Shown here piece after piece: positions 14,722 through 26,592 of a stretch of 64,000 nucleotides of DNA. Source of the DNA: an uncultured Chloroflexia bacterium (GTDB lineage: Bacteria > Chloroflexota > Limnocylindria > Limnocylindrales > CSP1-4); contig CAVVJT010000002.1 of assembly GCA_963748625.1 (NCBI GenBank), positions 96,001-160,000 on the forward strand, written 5' to 3'. The first letter of the stretch is position 1, and every line of letters begins with the position of its first letter. The position numbers and the translations under genes are program-made. The notes below the pieces were generated by a model that saw only the letters and a program-made list of their open reading frames with translations, did no database searches and had not been told where the DNA came from.

Positions 14722-14751
14722 GTGGTCCTTGCTGGTGGTGGTCCGGGATCA

Positions 14752-14782
14752 GGGGAGCAGGCGAGGTGATCGCCCGCTCCCC
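14752..14782 (-). terminator. Stem-loop after oppA (mRNA stabiliser or attenuating terminator)
   Basis: Minus strand GGGGAGCGGGCGA-tcacc-TCGCCTGCTCCCC, 13-bp stem with one G-U pair, between the binding-protein and permease genes. Confidence 0.6.
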
Positions 14783-14794
14783 ACCCGGGTTCGC

Positions 14795-16450
14795 CTACTG
14801 GGTGACCCAGGCGTTCTTGAACAGGGACTGCCAGTACCAGAGCGAGTACGCCTCGACGTCCTGGAGCCGCTTGTTCAGGGCGAGCGGCCAGCCCGGATAG
14901 GCGGTCACGATGACCGCCGAGTCCTCGGCGATCTGCTTCTGGGCCTCGATCAGCTTCGCGGCCCGCCCGGCCTTGTCGTTGGGGATCGCGTTCTGGTCCG
15001 TCAGGAGTGCGTCCACCGCATCGTTCTTGTAGTTCGACGCGTTGGCGCCGCCCGCGACGGTGTTCTCGGAGTGGAAGTTCGGGCGCAGGTTGCCGGACGG
15101 ATCGGGGAAGTCCGAGCCCCAGGACGCCACGAGGATGTCGTAGTCGTCGTGCGGGCCGAACTGCAGCGCGACGCTCTCCTGGTAGGTGACCTTGCGGGCC
15201 TCGATCGTGATGCCGAGCTTGCCCATCGCCTCGATGAAGGCCTCGGCCGCGCCCTTGATGGACGGCGTTGACTCGTAGTAGGCGATCGTCTTGCCGTTGA
15301 GCTGGTCGGCGACGCCGGACTCGTCGAGCAGCGCCTTGGCCTTCTCGAGGTCCACGTCGTAGGCCGGGAGCTCATCCCAGGCGGCCTTCCAGGCAGCCTC
15401 CTCGAACGTCCAGAGGGTCGGGTTGACCAGGGTCGACTTGGTGTCGATGGCCTCGGGCCCGTAGTACAGCTGGCGCACGGCCTTCTTGTCGAAGGCGTAG
15501 TTCATGGCCTGGCGGACCTTCACGTTGTCGAAGGGCGCGGCCTGCGTGTTGAACGTGAGCCACTCGCCGTAGTAGGACGGCGTGAACGACAGGTCGACGG
15601 TCTCGATCTGTTCGACGGTGGCGTACTGGTCGGACGGGACGTTGCTGATGACGAAGTCGATCTCGCCTGTCTGAAGGCCGGCCACGCGGGTGGTGGGCTC
15701 GGGCAGGATCTTGATGGTGATCTCGTCGAGGTAGGGGCCGCCGGCGGCCTTGTTCCAGTAGGCGTCGTTGCGGGCGATCTTCTGGTAGTCGCCGGTCTTC
15801 CACTCGACGAACTTGAACGGGCCGGTGCCGATCGAGCCGACCTCGGGCTTGCCGTACTTGTCGCCGTTCTTCTCGACGAAGGCCTTCGAGACGACGTGGG
15901 CGGCCGTGGTGGCGAGCACGTACTCGAACAGCGCGTCGGGCTGGGTCAGGGTGATGGTGACGGTGCTGGCGTCCGTGGCCTTGATGGTGTCCACGCTGGC
16001 GAGCATCCAGCCGACGTAGGACCCAAGGTCCGGGTTCTTGATCCGCTCGAGGCTGAAGACCACGTCGTCAACCGTCATGTCGGTGCCGTCGTGGAACTTG
16101 ACGCCCTGGCGGATCTTGAGCGTGTAGGTCAGGCCGTCCTCGGAGACCGTGTAGGACTCGGCGAGGTTCGGGCAGACCTTGGTGTCTTCCTCGCAGAAGA
16201 TCAGGAGGGGCTCCGTGATCGACGAGGTCGCCAGGCCCGACACGAAGTCGTAGTCGAACGCCGGGTCGAGCGAGGTGGGCTCGCCTTCGATGGCCGCCAC
16301 GATGGAGCCGCCCTGTTGCGGCGTGCCGCCGGTGCCGGCGTCGGTGGACGGCGCGGGGGTTGCCGTGCTGCCACCACAGGCGGCGACCACGATCGAGATA
16401 GCGGACGCGAGCACGGCGAGCCGCACTCCCCGCCGACGGACAGCAGTCAT
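14795..16450 (-). CDS. oppA: Family-5 ABC substrate-binding lipoprotein (OppA/DppA type)
   Basis: Lipobox VVAAC, SLDP, KFHDG, GTGPFK, VRQAMNYAFD. Confidence 0.93.
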   Translation of the reverse strand: MTAVRRRGVRLAVLASAISIVVAACGGSTATPAPSTDAGTGGTPQQGGSIVAAIEGEPTSLDPAFDYDFVSGLATSSITEPLLIFCEEDTKVCPNLAESYTVSEDGLTYTLKIRQGVKFHDGTDMTVDDVVFSLERIKNPDLGSYVGWMLASVDTIKATDASTVTITLTQPDALFEYVLATTAAHVVSKAFVEKNGDKYGKPEVGSIGTGPFKFVEWKTGDYQKIARNDAYWNKAAGGPYLDEITIKILPEPTTRVAGLQTGEIDFVISNVPSDQYATVEQIETVDLSFTPSYYGEWLTFNTQAAPFDNVKVRQAMNYAFDKKAVRQLYYGPEAIDTKSTLVNPTLWTFEEAAWKAAWDELPAYDVDLEKAKALLDESGVADQLNGKTIAYYESTPSIKGAAEAFIEAMGKLGITIEARKVTYQESVALQFGPHDDYDILVASWGSDFPDPSGNLRPNFHSENTVAGGANASNYKNDAVDALLTDQNAIPNDKAGRAAKLIEAQKQIAEDSAVIVTAYPGWPLALNKRLQDVEAYSLWYWQSLFKNAWVTQ

Positions 16451-16523
16451 TCCCTCAGGTCCTCCAACGATGCGGGTAGTGCGGCGCGATCCTCCCGGCC
16501 GGGTGCACCGAAGCGGGCAGTGT

Positions 16524-16539
16524 AGATAATCGATGATCT
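16524..16539. promoter_or_regulatory. AT-rich palindrome, candidate operator of the opp operon
   Basis: AGATAATCGATGATCT, 7 of 8 pairs, next to a minus-strand TACACT -10-like hexamer. Confidence 0.45.
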
Positions 16540-16755
16540 TCGCGCCACTCTTGTCGCGCTGCTTGACGCAATCTGTCATGTCCTGCCCCCGGATCGGCCC
16601 TGAGCCGCAACCGGTGCCCGCATCGGCGCTGGCGACCTTGCCTGCCGGTGGCCGCGTGCCTGCCGTCCACCGGACAGGTCCGCGCAACACGGCCCCGCCC
16701 CCGCCCGTCCACAGCGCGGCCGGCCGCCCACCGGACCCGCAACCCGGAGGCCCGC

Positions 16756-18408
16756 ATGCGCATCTCCCCCGTCACCCGCGTCCTGCTGCTCGCGCTCGCG
16801 ATCGGCGTCCTCGTGGACATCGTCCTGCCCGGCAATGCGATGGGGGTCAACGCTCCGCTGGTCGTGGCCGCGATGCTCCTAGCCGCGGCGCTGGCCGCCG
16901 GCCTTTCGGGGATCCGACGCGTGGATCCCGCGGACGCCTGGCTCGGGCCTGCGGCGCTGGTGCTCGCCGGGTTCGCTGTCCTGCGCGCGGACGACTGGCT
17001 GGTGGCCTGGGACCTCGCCTTCGCGGCGGCCCTGACTGCCGGGGCGGTCGCCGCGCTCGCCGGTGGGCGGATCACGCGCGGCATCGTCCCGCACGTGCTG
17101 GAGTTGGCCGTGGGCGTCGTGGGGGCCGTGATGGTGGGGCTGTTGGGCCTGGTGGGTCCCGCCCGGCTGGTCCAGCGCGAGTCGCCGACGCCCGGATCCG
17201 GGGAGAGTGCCCGGGCCAGGGTCGGCCGTCGAGTGCAGGCAGGCCTCGTCAGGAGCGCGCCCGTGCTGCGCGGACTCGCCCTGGCGGTGCCCCTGGTGCT
17301 CGTGTTCGCGGTGCTCTTCGCGCTCGCGGATGCCGTGTTCGCCCGCGTGGCCGGCGACATCCTCGCGTGGCGGCCGGAGCTCGACCTTGCCGATGCATTC
17401 GGGCGGGCGCTCGTCGTTGGGACGGCCGCGTGGCTCGTCGCCGGACTGCTTGGGCTCGGGGCCGGGCTGCTGCCGTCGTTCATGCCGTCGCGGCCGTCGC
17501 GGCCCGCCAGACCTGGGTGGTCCGGTCCCGACGGCGGCGGTCCCGTCGACCGCTCCCTCGGGGCGGCGAGCGTCGCGGACCTGCCGCTCCCCGGGCGCTA
17601 CCGGCTCGGCACCGCGGAGGCTTCGACCGTCCTGCTCGTCATCGACCTGCTGTTCGCCGCGTTCGTCGCGCTCCAGGTCGCGTACCTCTTCGGCGGCCAG
17701 GACACGCTCGCCGTCGTCGGGCTCACCTACGCGGAGTACGCGCGTCGCGGGTTCTTCGAGCTGGTCGCGGTCGTGGTGCTCGCCGGGATGCTGGTGGTGA
17801 CGCTGGACGCCCTCGTCGGCCGACGGTCGCGCGTCCAGCTCCTGGCGGGGCTCGTGCTGCTGGGCCTGACCGCGGTGGTGCTGGTGTCGGCGCTGGTGCG
17901 ACTGCGCCTCTACCAGGATGCCTACGGGTGGACCGAGCTGCGGTTCGTGGTGCTCGTGGCGATCGGGTGGCTGGGCGCGGCGATCGCGCTGGTGGCGGGC
18001 CTGCTCGCGACGCGCCGGACAGGGTGGACGCTGCACGTGCTCGGGATCGCGGTGCTCGTGGTGCTGGCCGGGATGAACGTGGTTGGCCCGCAGGCGTTCG
18101 TCGCGGAGCGGAACCTGGAGCGGGCGCTGGATCCCTCGCTGGTCCCGGCAGGCGGGCGGACTGGCCTTGACGCCGGGTACATCTGGGAGCTCGGGGACGA
18201 GGCGGTGCCGGCGGTAGTCACCGCGTGGCCTCGCCTGGACAAGGTTGACCAGGCGGTCCTGGAGCCGGTGCTCGCGGAGCGGGCCCAGGCGCTTGCCGAG
18301 GATCCCGCCTACGCCGGCTGGCCGTCCTGGAACCTCGCCCGGGAGCGGGCCAGGGACGCGCTTGGGGCATGGGCGGTGGCGGCACCGGCAGCATCGACCT
18401 GGCGGTGA
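16756..18408 (+). CDS. DUF4153/DUF4173-type polytopic membrane protein
   Basis: FALADAVF, LTYAEYARRGFFEL, RLRLYQDAYGWTELR motifs; many TM segments. Confidence 0.8.
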   Translation: MRISPVTRVLLLALAIGVLVDIVLPGNAMGVNAPLVVAAMLLAAALAAGLSGIRRVDPADAWLGPAALVLAGFAVLRADDWLVAWDLAFAAALTAGAVAALAGGRITRGIVPHVLELAVGVVGAVMVGLLGLVGPARLVQRESPTPGSGESARARVGRRVQAGLVRSAPVLRGLALAVPLVLVFAVLFALADAVFARVAGDILAWRPELDLADAFGRALVVGTAAWLVAGLLGLGAGLLPSFMPSRPSRPARPGWSGPDGGGPVDRSLGAASVADLPLPGRYRLGTAEASTVLLVIDLLFAAFVALQVAYLFGGQDTLAVVGLTYAEYARRGFFELVAVVVLAGMLVVTLDALVGRRSRVQLLAGLVLLGLTAVVLVSALVRLRLYQDAYGWTELRFVVLVAIGWLGAAIALVAGLLATRRTGWTLHVLGIAVLVVLAGMNVVGPQAFVAERNLERALDPSLVPAGGRTGLDAGYIWELGDEAVPAVVTAWPRLDKVDQAVLEPVLAERAQALAEDPAYAGWPSWNLARERARDALGAWAVAAPAASTWR

Positions 18409-18450
18409 GCCTGCGCTCGCACGTCCCGGCCGACACCGCCGTTCAGATGG

Positions 18451-19446
18451 TCAGCTGTTGTCGCCCCAGCCCGGGACCGGATCGGGGGACGCCGGCGGGG
18501 TCGCCCGGCGGCCAAGGCGCCTCGCCACCTTGTAGCCGAGGAACGAGAGGACCGCGATCACCAGCAGCACCGGCAGCCAGACGATCGCGAACCAGATCAG
18601 GCCCGACACCAGCGTCTGCCCGGCGCCGATCAGCGTCGCGAGCGCACCGTCGACATCCTCGGTCGGGTCCCAGCCCGCGGCTGTCTCCTGGACCTGGATG
18701 ATCTCGGTCCCGAACGTCGCCACCAGCGTCCCATAGGCGACCTGGTCGGCGAGGCGGGCGCGCTGGCCCTCGAGCGACTCGATCTGGCCGCGCACATCGG
18801 CGATGCGCGCCTCAACTTCGAGCAGGTCGGTGACCTTGCCGGTGCCCTTCGCGATCTCGACGAGGACCCCCTCGGACGCCCGCAGGTTCCGGATCCGGGC
18901 CTCGAGGTCCACCATCTGGCCGCCGACCTCGGTGGCCTGGGTCTGCTCGCCCACGACCTTGGTGGCGACGCCTCGCAGCGAGGCGAGGGCGTCCTCCCAG
19001 CGGTCGGCGGGGATGCGGTAGGTGATGACGGCGACGGAACGGTCGTCCGTGTTGGACTCCTCCGACGCGCCGATGTAGCCACCCGTCGCGAGGACCGCCG
19101 TCTTGGCCTTCGCCAGCGCCGTCTGCAGGTCGTCCACCACCAGCTCCAGCGAGCCCGTGTAGACCACCATCAGGTCGTCGCGCGGGGCTGCCGGGTTGCC
19201 GCCCTCCTGCTCGGGCAGCGAGCCGGTCCCCGTGCCGCCGTTCCCGCCCTCGGACTCCGGGGCCTGGGCGGCGGGTGCAGGAGCAGCGGTGGCCGCCGCC
19301 TGCTCCTCGTAACCGCCGTCGTCATACGCGGCGCCACCAGAGCTCCCGGCGCACGCGCCGAGCACGAGCATGAGAACGACCAGGGGGATGAGGAGCGCGG
19401 GAAGCCTGCCCGATCGGGCGCGTCCCTGGCGCTGCATGGTACGCAT
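18451..19446 (-). CDS. DUF4349-domain lipoprotein with C-terminal TM helix
   Basis: Lipobox LGAC, ITYRIP, VDLEARIRNL, DLLEVE...IESLEG. Confidence 0.82.
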   Translation of the reverse strand: MRTMQRQGRARSGRLPALLIPLVVLMLVLGACAGSSGGAAYDDGGYEEQAAATAAPAPAAQAPESEGGNGGTGTGSLPEQEGGNPAAPRDDLMVVYTGSLELVVDDLQTALAKAKTAVLATGGYIGASEESNTDDRSVAVITYRIPADRWEDALASLRGVATKVVGEQTQATEVGGQMVDLEARIRNLRASEGVLVEIAKGTGKVTDLLEVEARIADVRGQIESLEGQRARLADQVAYGTLVATFGTEIIQVQETAAGWDPTEDVDGALATLIGAGQTLVSGLIWFAIVWLPVLLVIAVLSFLGYKVARRLGRRATPPASPDPVPGWGDNS

Positions 19447-19598
19447 GGTGGCCGGTCCCTCCGGGACACTGCCACAGACGGTCTCGTGACCGGCGGCTGC
19501 GGCATGGCGGAGACGCGCGCGCAGGGTGTCCGGTTCCCAGCATGCGCCGCGCACCGGAGGTGTCAAGGCGCGCTTCCCCCGCGCGGTATCGTGCAGCG

Positions 19599-20684
19599 AT
19601 GCGACTCCCCTTCGAGCCCCCCGTCGAGCCCATGCTGGCCAAGGCCGCCGACGCCCTCCCCGACGGTGGCGGCTGGCTGTACGAGCCCAAGTGGGACGGC
19701 TTTCGTGCGCTGGTCTTCCGCGACGGCGACGAGGTGTACACGCAGAGCCGGGACCTGAAGCCCCTCGACCGCTACTTCCCCGAGCTCGCCGCGCCGTTGC
19801 GGGCGAACCTCCCGGAGCGCTGCGTCCTCGATGGCGAGGTGGTGATCGCCCGCGACGGCGCGCTCCAGTTCGAGTCGCTGCTGCTGCGCATCCACCCGGC
19901 CGCCTCGCGCGTGGCGATGCTGGCGGCCGAGACACCGGCCTCGTTCGTGGCGTGGGACCTGCTGGCCCTCGGCGACGAGGATCTGCGAGCCACACCCCAG
20001 GGTGAGCGCCGCGAACGCCTGGTCGAGGCCCTGGGCGGCGCGCAGCCCCCGGTCCACGTCACGCCGGCCACGCTGGATCGCGCGCTCGCCGCCGACTGGT
20101 TCGAGCGCTTCGAGGGCGCCGGGCTCGACGGCGTGGTCGCCAAGCGCCTGGACGGCGCCTACCAACCGGGCAAGCGGGCGATGCTCAAGATCAAGCACGC
20201 GCGCACCGCCGACTGCGTCGTCGCGGGCTTCCGCTGGCACAAGAACGGGCCGGGGACGCACATCGGCAGCCTGCTGCTGGGCCTGTTCGACGATGCGGGC
20301 AAGCTCCACCATCTGGGGATCACGAGCTCCTTCACGTGGGAACGGCGCGCCGCCCTCGTTGAGGAGCTGGCACCCCTCCGCGAAGGCGCGCTCGACGGGC
20401 ACCCGTGGGCCGAGTGGGCGGCCTGGGCGGACATGGGCACCGATGGGTCGGGCCAGCGCCTGCCGGGCGCGGGCTCAAGGTGGAACCGCGGCAAGGACCT
20501 GTCCTGGGAGCCGCTGCGCTGCGAGCGCGTGGTCGAGGTTGCGTACGACCACCTCCAGGGCGACCGGTTCCGCCACGCCACCACGTTCCGCCGCTGGCGG
20601 CCCGACAAGCAGCCAGCCGACTGCCGGTACGACCAGCTCGAGACCAGCACGCCGTTCGAGATCGCCCGGATCTTCGGGGCCTGA
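19599..20684 (+). CDS. ligC: ATP-dependent DNA ligase, LigC type
   Basis: Motif I YEPKWDGFR, LDGEVV, GLDGVVAK, SRWNRGKDLSW, RFRH...WRPDK; about 360 aa. Confidence 0.92.
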   Translation: MRLPFEPPVEPMLAKAADALPDGGGWLYEPKWDGFRALVFRDGDEVYTQSRDLKPLDRYFPELAAPLRANLPERCVLDGEVVIARDGALQFESLLLRIHPAASRVAMLAAETPASFVAWDLLALGDEDLRATPQGERRERLVEALGGAQPPVHVTPATLDRALAADWFERFEGAGLDGVVAKRLDGAYQPGKRAMLKIKHARTADCVVAGFRWHKNGPGTHIGSLLLGLFDDAGKLHHLGITSSFTWERRAALVEELAPLREGALDGHPWAEWAAWADMGTDGSGQRLPGAGSRWNRGKDLSWEPLRCERVVEVAYDHLQGDRFRHATTFRRWRPDKQPADCRYDQLETSTPFEIARIFGA

Positions 20685-20686
20685 GC

Positions 20687-22027
20687 GTGATCGACACGGG
20701 CCTGCCGATTCTCGCGGTACCGGCCAACCTGACCGCGTACCTGTCGATCGCGGCCTTCGGGATGGCGATCCTGGCGGCCCTGCTCACGCCGCTCCTCGCC
20801 CGCCTGGACCAGCTCGCGCCGTGGAAGGGGCCGCTGCGCCTCGTCCCCTATGCCCTCCTGCTTGCCGGCGCCGGCATGGCGATCGCGTCGGCGGTGCTGG
20901 GCGTCGCGGGCGGCAGCCGGGCCGGTGTGCGGGAGGTGGTCGCGGTCGCGCTTGCGCTGCTGTGCGTCACGCCCGTCGTCGGCGTCGGTCTCGTCCGCCT
21001 GCGATATGGGTCACCCGGCAGGCGCACCTTTCACCAGCAGATCGCCGCCAACCAGGGCTCGTCGATCCTGCTGGTGCTGGTGCTGTTCGAGATCGTCGCG
21101 GTGACCGCGTTCCTGATCGGGGCGGCGGTGGGCGTTGCGTTCGAGTCCGCGCTCGTCGGCGGCCTGCTCGTGGCCGGCGTGTCGCTGGCGGTGACGGCGG
21201 GTGCGACCTGGTTCGCAATCTTCCACGGTGGCGGCTTCGTGCTCGATGCGCAGAAGGCCAAGGAGGCGGCCGGCGGCCCGAAGGAGGTCCAGCTGCGCAA
21301 CATCGTGCGGGAGATGGCCATCGCGGCCAACGTCCCGGAGCCAAAGGTCTACGTGATCGACGTGCCCGGGGCGAACGCGTTCTCCGTGGGGCGCGATCCG
21401 CAGCATGCGTCCGTGGCCGTGACCCGCGGCCTGCTCGACCGCCTGGACCGCGAGGAGCTCCAGGGGGTGATCGCGCACGAGCTGGCGCACGTGGCCAACT
21501 TCGACTCCCGCCATGCTGTCCTCGTGGCGTTCATGGTCGGCGCAGTCGTCGTGCTCACCGACCTCTTCTTCGCCCTCGTCCTGGAGCTCGCCCAGCATCC
21601 ACCCACCGACTTCGACGACATCCGGGCGATGGCCGCCGGGCTTGCGCTGTGGGGCGTGGTCGTGGTGGTCGGACTGGTGGTGGGCGGGCTGCTGAAGCTG
21701 TGCGCGCCGTTCGCGGCGCTGGCGGTCCAGGCGGCGATCAGCCGCGATCGCGAGTACCTCGCGGATGCCACCGCTGTCCAGATCACCCGCAACCCGCAGG
21801 GCCTGATCGAGGCGTTGGGCAAGTTGGAGGAGACCCGGCCGGCCATGACGGACGCCAACCGCGGCATCCAGCACCTGTGGATCGTGAACCCGGTCCGCGA
21901 TGGTCACTCGGGCGGGCGGGGCTGGTTCGACACGCACCCGGCGACCGCCGACCGCATCGTGCGCCTGCGCGAGCTGGCGGGCCAGGCCGCGACCGAGACC
22001 TCGCCGGAGGCCCTGGCCGGCGGCTGA
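20687..22027 (+). CDS. htpX: HtpX-like M48 zinc metalloprotease with extra N-terminal TM segment
   Basis: NAFSVG, VAVTRGLL, HELAH, SRDREYLADA, THPATADRI. Confidence 0.85.
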   Translation: MIDTGLPILAVPANLTAYLSIAAFGMAILAALLTPLLARLDQLAPWKGPLRLVPYALLLAGAGMAIASAVLGVAGGSRAGVREVVAVALALLCVTPVVGVGLVRLRYGSPGRRTFHQQIAANQGSSILLVLVLFEIVAVTAFLIGAAVGVAFESALVGGLLVAGVSLAVTAGATWFAIFHGGGFVLDAQKAKEAAGGPKEVQLRNIVREMAIAANVPEPKVYVIDVPGANAFSVGRDPQHASVAVTRGLLDRLDREELQGVIAHELAHVANFDSRHAVLVAFMVGAVVVLTDLFFALVLELAQHPPTDFDDIRAMAAGLALWGVVVVVGLVVGGLLKLCAPFAALAVQAAISRDREYLADATAVQITRNPQGLIEALGKLEETRPAMTDANRGIQHLWIVNPVRDGHSGGRGWFDTHPATADRIVRLRELAGQAATETSPEALAGG

Positions 22028-22058
22028 AGAGGCGGGAGCCCGGAGGCCCTGGCCGGGA

Positions 22059-22925
22059 CTAGCGGGGCGGGCGGCCCGTGATCCTGGGCTTGGCCTTCCA
22101 GCGCCACCACGTCTTGGTGAGGTTGAGTCCGTGCCGCGGTGAGGCCCACGGGGGCAGCTTTGCGGCGCCGTTCTTGTAGCGGGCGCGGTAGACCTCGCGG
22201 ACCTGCTTCACCCGGAACGTGGGCGAGGTTGAGAGCCCGCCCGCGGCCATGTCCACGACCACGACGTCGATCCGGGCCGGCTGCTCCCGCGCGAACGCGC
22301 GCAGGAGGAACTCGTAGTCACCCGAGATCCGGAAGCTCGTGTCGAAGCCGCCGACGTCGTCGAAGACGGTGCGGTGGTGGAAGGTGGCCGGATGGGGGAC
22401 CATCTCGCCGCGCCGGAAGCGCCGCCGCTTCCCCTTGCCCCAGTCCCGGCTCCGGTTGTGCCAGATGGTGCCATCGGGCTTGTGGAACATCACGCTGCCG
22501 TAGAGGATCCGGTGCTCGCCCGCATCCGCCACAAGTGCTGCGGCCACCTGCGCCATGACGTCGGGCGCGTGGTACCGGTCGTCTGCACCGAGGAAGCAGA
22601 TGAAGTCCCCGGTGGCGTGCGCGAGGCCCGTGTTCCAGGCGTCGAACACGCCCTTGTCCGGGCCGGACGCCCACCAGCCGATGCGGCCCGCGTTCCGCTC
22701 CAGGATCGCCACGGTGCCATCGGTTGACCCGCCGTCCGCGATGACAACCTCGAGGTTGTCGTAGGTCTGCTCGAAGATGCTGTCGAGCGCTGCCTGGAGG
22801 GTCCCGACGGCATTCCACACCGCCATCACGACGCTGATCCGGGGCCCGCGTCCGGCGTCGGCGAGGTTGGCGCCGGTCGTGGCCGGCGTGGGGGTTCCCG
22901 GGAGGTCGGAGGCCTGCTCGCTCAT
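22059..22925 (-). CDS. Glycosyltransferase family 2 (WcaE-like, possible fucosyltransferase)
   Basis: DGGSTDGT, DKGVFDAWNTG, FLGADD, HPATF, GDYEFLLR. Confidence 0.88.
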   Translation of the reverse strand: MSEQASDLPGTPTPATTGANLADAGRGPRISVVMAVWNAVGTLQAALDSIFEQTYDNLEVVIADGGSTDGTVAILERNAGRIGWWASGPDKGVFDAWNTGLAHATGDFICFLGADDRYHAPDVMAQVAAALVADAGEHRILYGSVMFHKPDGTIWHNRSRDWGKGKRRRFRRGEMVPHPATFHHRTVFDDVGGFDTSFRISGDYEFLLRAFAREQPARIDVVVVDMAAGGLSTSPTFRVKQVREVYRARYKNGAAKLPPWASPRHGLNLTKTWWRWKAKPRITGRPPR

Positions 22926-23031
22926 CGGATCATCGTAGTCCAAGGACCGCAGGCGCAGGCTCCCGCCTGCCGCCGGCCGGACTGCGTCGTTGGTGGAGAT
23001 CGCTGCACGGCGTGCTAGCCTCGAAGGCAAG

Positions 23032-24492
23032 ATGGCTGGACCGCCCCCGACAACGTCCGAGGCTGAGGGGCACCCGCTGCGGATCGTGCTGGTGACCAAG
23101 CATGCCCGCGGGGGTGGCGCCGAGCGGATCGCCGTGCAACTGCAGCAGGGCATGTGGCGGCATGGTCAGCGGGCATGGCTCGCGACGGCAAAGGGTGACC
23201 TCGCAGACGCCACCGTGCTGCGCATCCCGCGTGGTCGGCCGCGGGGCGGCAGGGCAGGGTTCCGGTTGCGAGAAGTCGCCAACAGGGTCGGGCGGCACGG
23301 CGGCAGCCCCCTGCACCAGGCGGCGCAGGCCGGGCTCCGCGCAGCCTCTGACCCGCAGGGCTGGTGGCGGAACCGCCGCGGCCGCGAACGGTTCGACTAC
23401 CCCGGCACGGCCGCTATCCCCGACATGGCCCCCGAGCAGCCGGACCTGATCCACTGCCACAACCTGCACGGCGGGTACTTCGACCTGCGCCAGCTGGCGC
23501 CGATGAGCCGGCGCCTGCCGGTCGCCCTCACCCTGCACGACCAGTGGACGTTCACCGGCCACTGCGCGCACGGGCTCGCTTGTGAGCGCTGGCGGACCGG
23601 ATGCGGCGCCTGCCCTGACCTGACCATCTACCCGGCGATCGGCCACGACGGGACCCGGGCGAACCTGGCCGCCAAGGCAGGAATCTACGCACGGAGCCGG
23701 CTGTACGTCACCACGCCGTCGCGCTGGCTGATGGACAGGGCCCGCGACTCGGTCCTGGCCGCCGGTACCCACGGCTGGGCGGTGATCCCCAACGGCGTGG
23801 ACCTGGCCGTGTTCACGCCGGGCGACCAGGCGGCCGCTCGAGCCCGGCTCGGGCTGCCGCAGGACGCGCACATCCTGCTCTTCACCGCCAACTGGGCACG
23901 TCGTAGCCCGTTCAAGGACTGGGAGACCGTGTCCGGGGCGGCGGAGCGTGCGGCATCGCTGGTCGCCGATCGTCCCGTCCTCTGCATCGCGCTGGGCGAG
24001 GAGGCGCCACCGGTCAGGTTCCCCGGTGGCGAGCTCCGCTTCGTGCCGTACCACGACGATATCGAGGACGTCGTCGCGTTCTACCGGAGCGCCGACCTGT
24101 ACCTGCATGCCGCCAAGGCCGAGACCTTCCCCACCACGATCCTCGAGGCGTTCGCCTGCGGGGTACCGGTCGTCGCAACGGCGGTCGGCGGCATTCCCGA
24201 GCAGGTGCGGAGCCTCGCAGGCGCCCCCGGGTCATGGGCCGGTGTGGCGGCAGGGTCCAGCCAGGCGACCGGGATTCTTGTCGCCCAGGGTGACGCCAGT
24301 GCGATGGGTGCTGCGACCGCAGCCCTGCTCGCGGACCCGGAGCTGCGCGGGGTTCTTGCGGCGAACGCACGAGAGGACGCCTGCCTCCGTTTCGACGCCG
24401 AGGCGCAGGTCACGGCGACGCTCGCGTGGTACCGCGAGATCATCGGGGACTGGCGAGCGTGGGCGGCGGTGCGATCGGCATCCGGCAGCTGA
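23032..24492 (+). CDS. Glycosyltransferase family 4 (WcaC-like)
   Basis: HCHNLHGGY, TLHDQWTFTGHC, C-x-x-W-x-x-G-C-x-x-CP, ETFPTTILEAFACG. Confidence 0.88.
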   Translation: MAGPPPTTSEAEGHPLRIVLVTKHARGGGAERIAVQLQQGMWRHGQRAWLATAKGDLADATVLRIPRGRPRGGRAGFRLREVANRVGRHGGSPLHQAAQAGLRAASDPQGWWRNRRGRERFDYPGTAAIPDMAPEQPDLIHCHNLHGGYFDLRQLAPMSRRLPVALTLHDQWTFTGHCAHGLACERWRTGCGACPDLTIYPAIGHDGTRANLAAKAGIYARSRLYVTTPSRWLMDRARDSVLAAGTHGWAVIPNGVDLAVFTPGDQAAARARLGLPQDAHILLFTANWARRSPFKDWETVSGAAERAASLVADRPVLCIALGEEAPPVRFPGGELRFVPYHDDIEDVVAFYRSADLYLHAAKAETFPTTILEAFACGVPVVATAVGGIPEQVRSLAGAPGSWAGVAAGSSQATGILVAQGDASAMGAATAALLADPELRGVLAANAREDACLRFDAEAQVTATLAWYREIIGDWRAWAAVRSASGS

Positions 24493-24532
24493 TCCGGCAC
24501 CCCCGCCGGGACTGTCGCGTGCGGCGGGATGG

Positions 24533-26486
<1,954 letters not shown>

Positions 26487-26592
26487 CGGGGACTCCTGCG
26501 TGGTCAGTGGGTGTGCGACGTAAGGTTCCGGCTGGCGGAGGGCCTGAGTATCGCACCGCCTCGCGAGGTGACTGCGCAATGATCGGGCCCGA

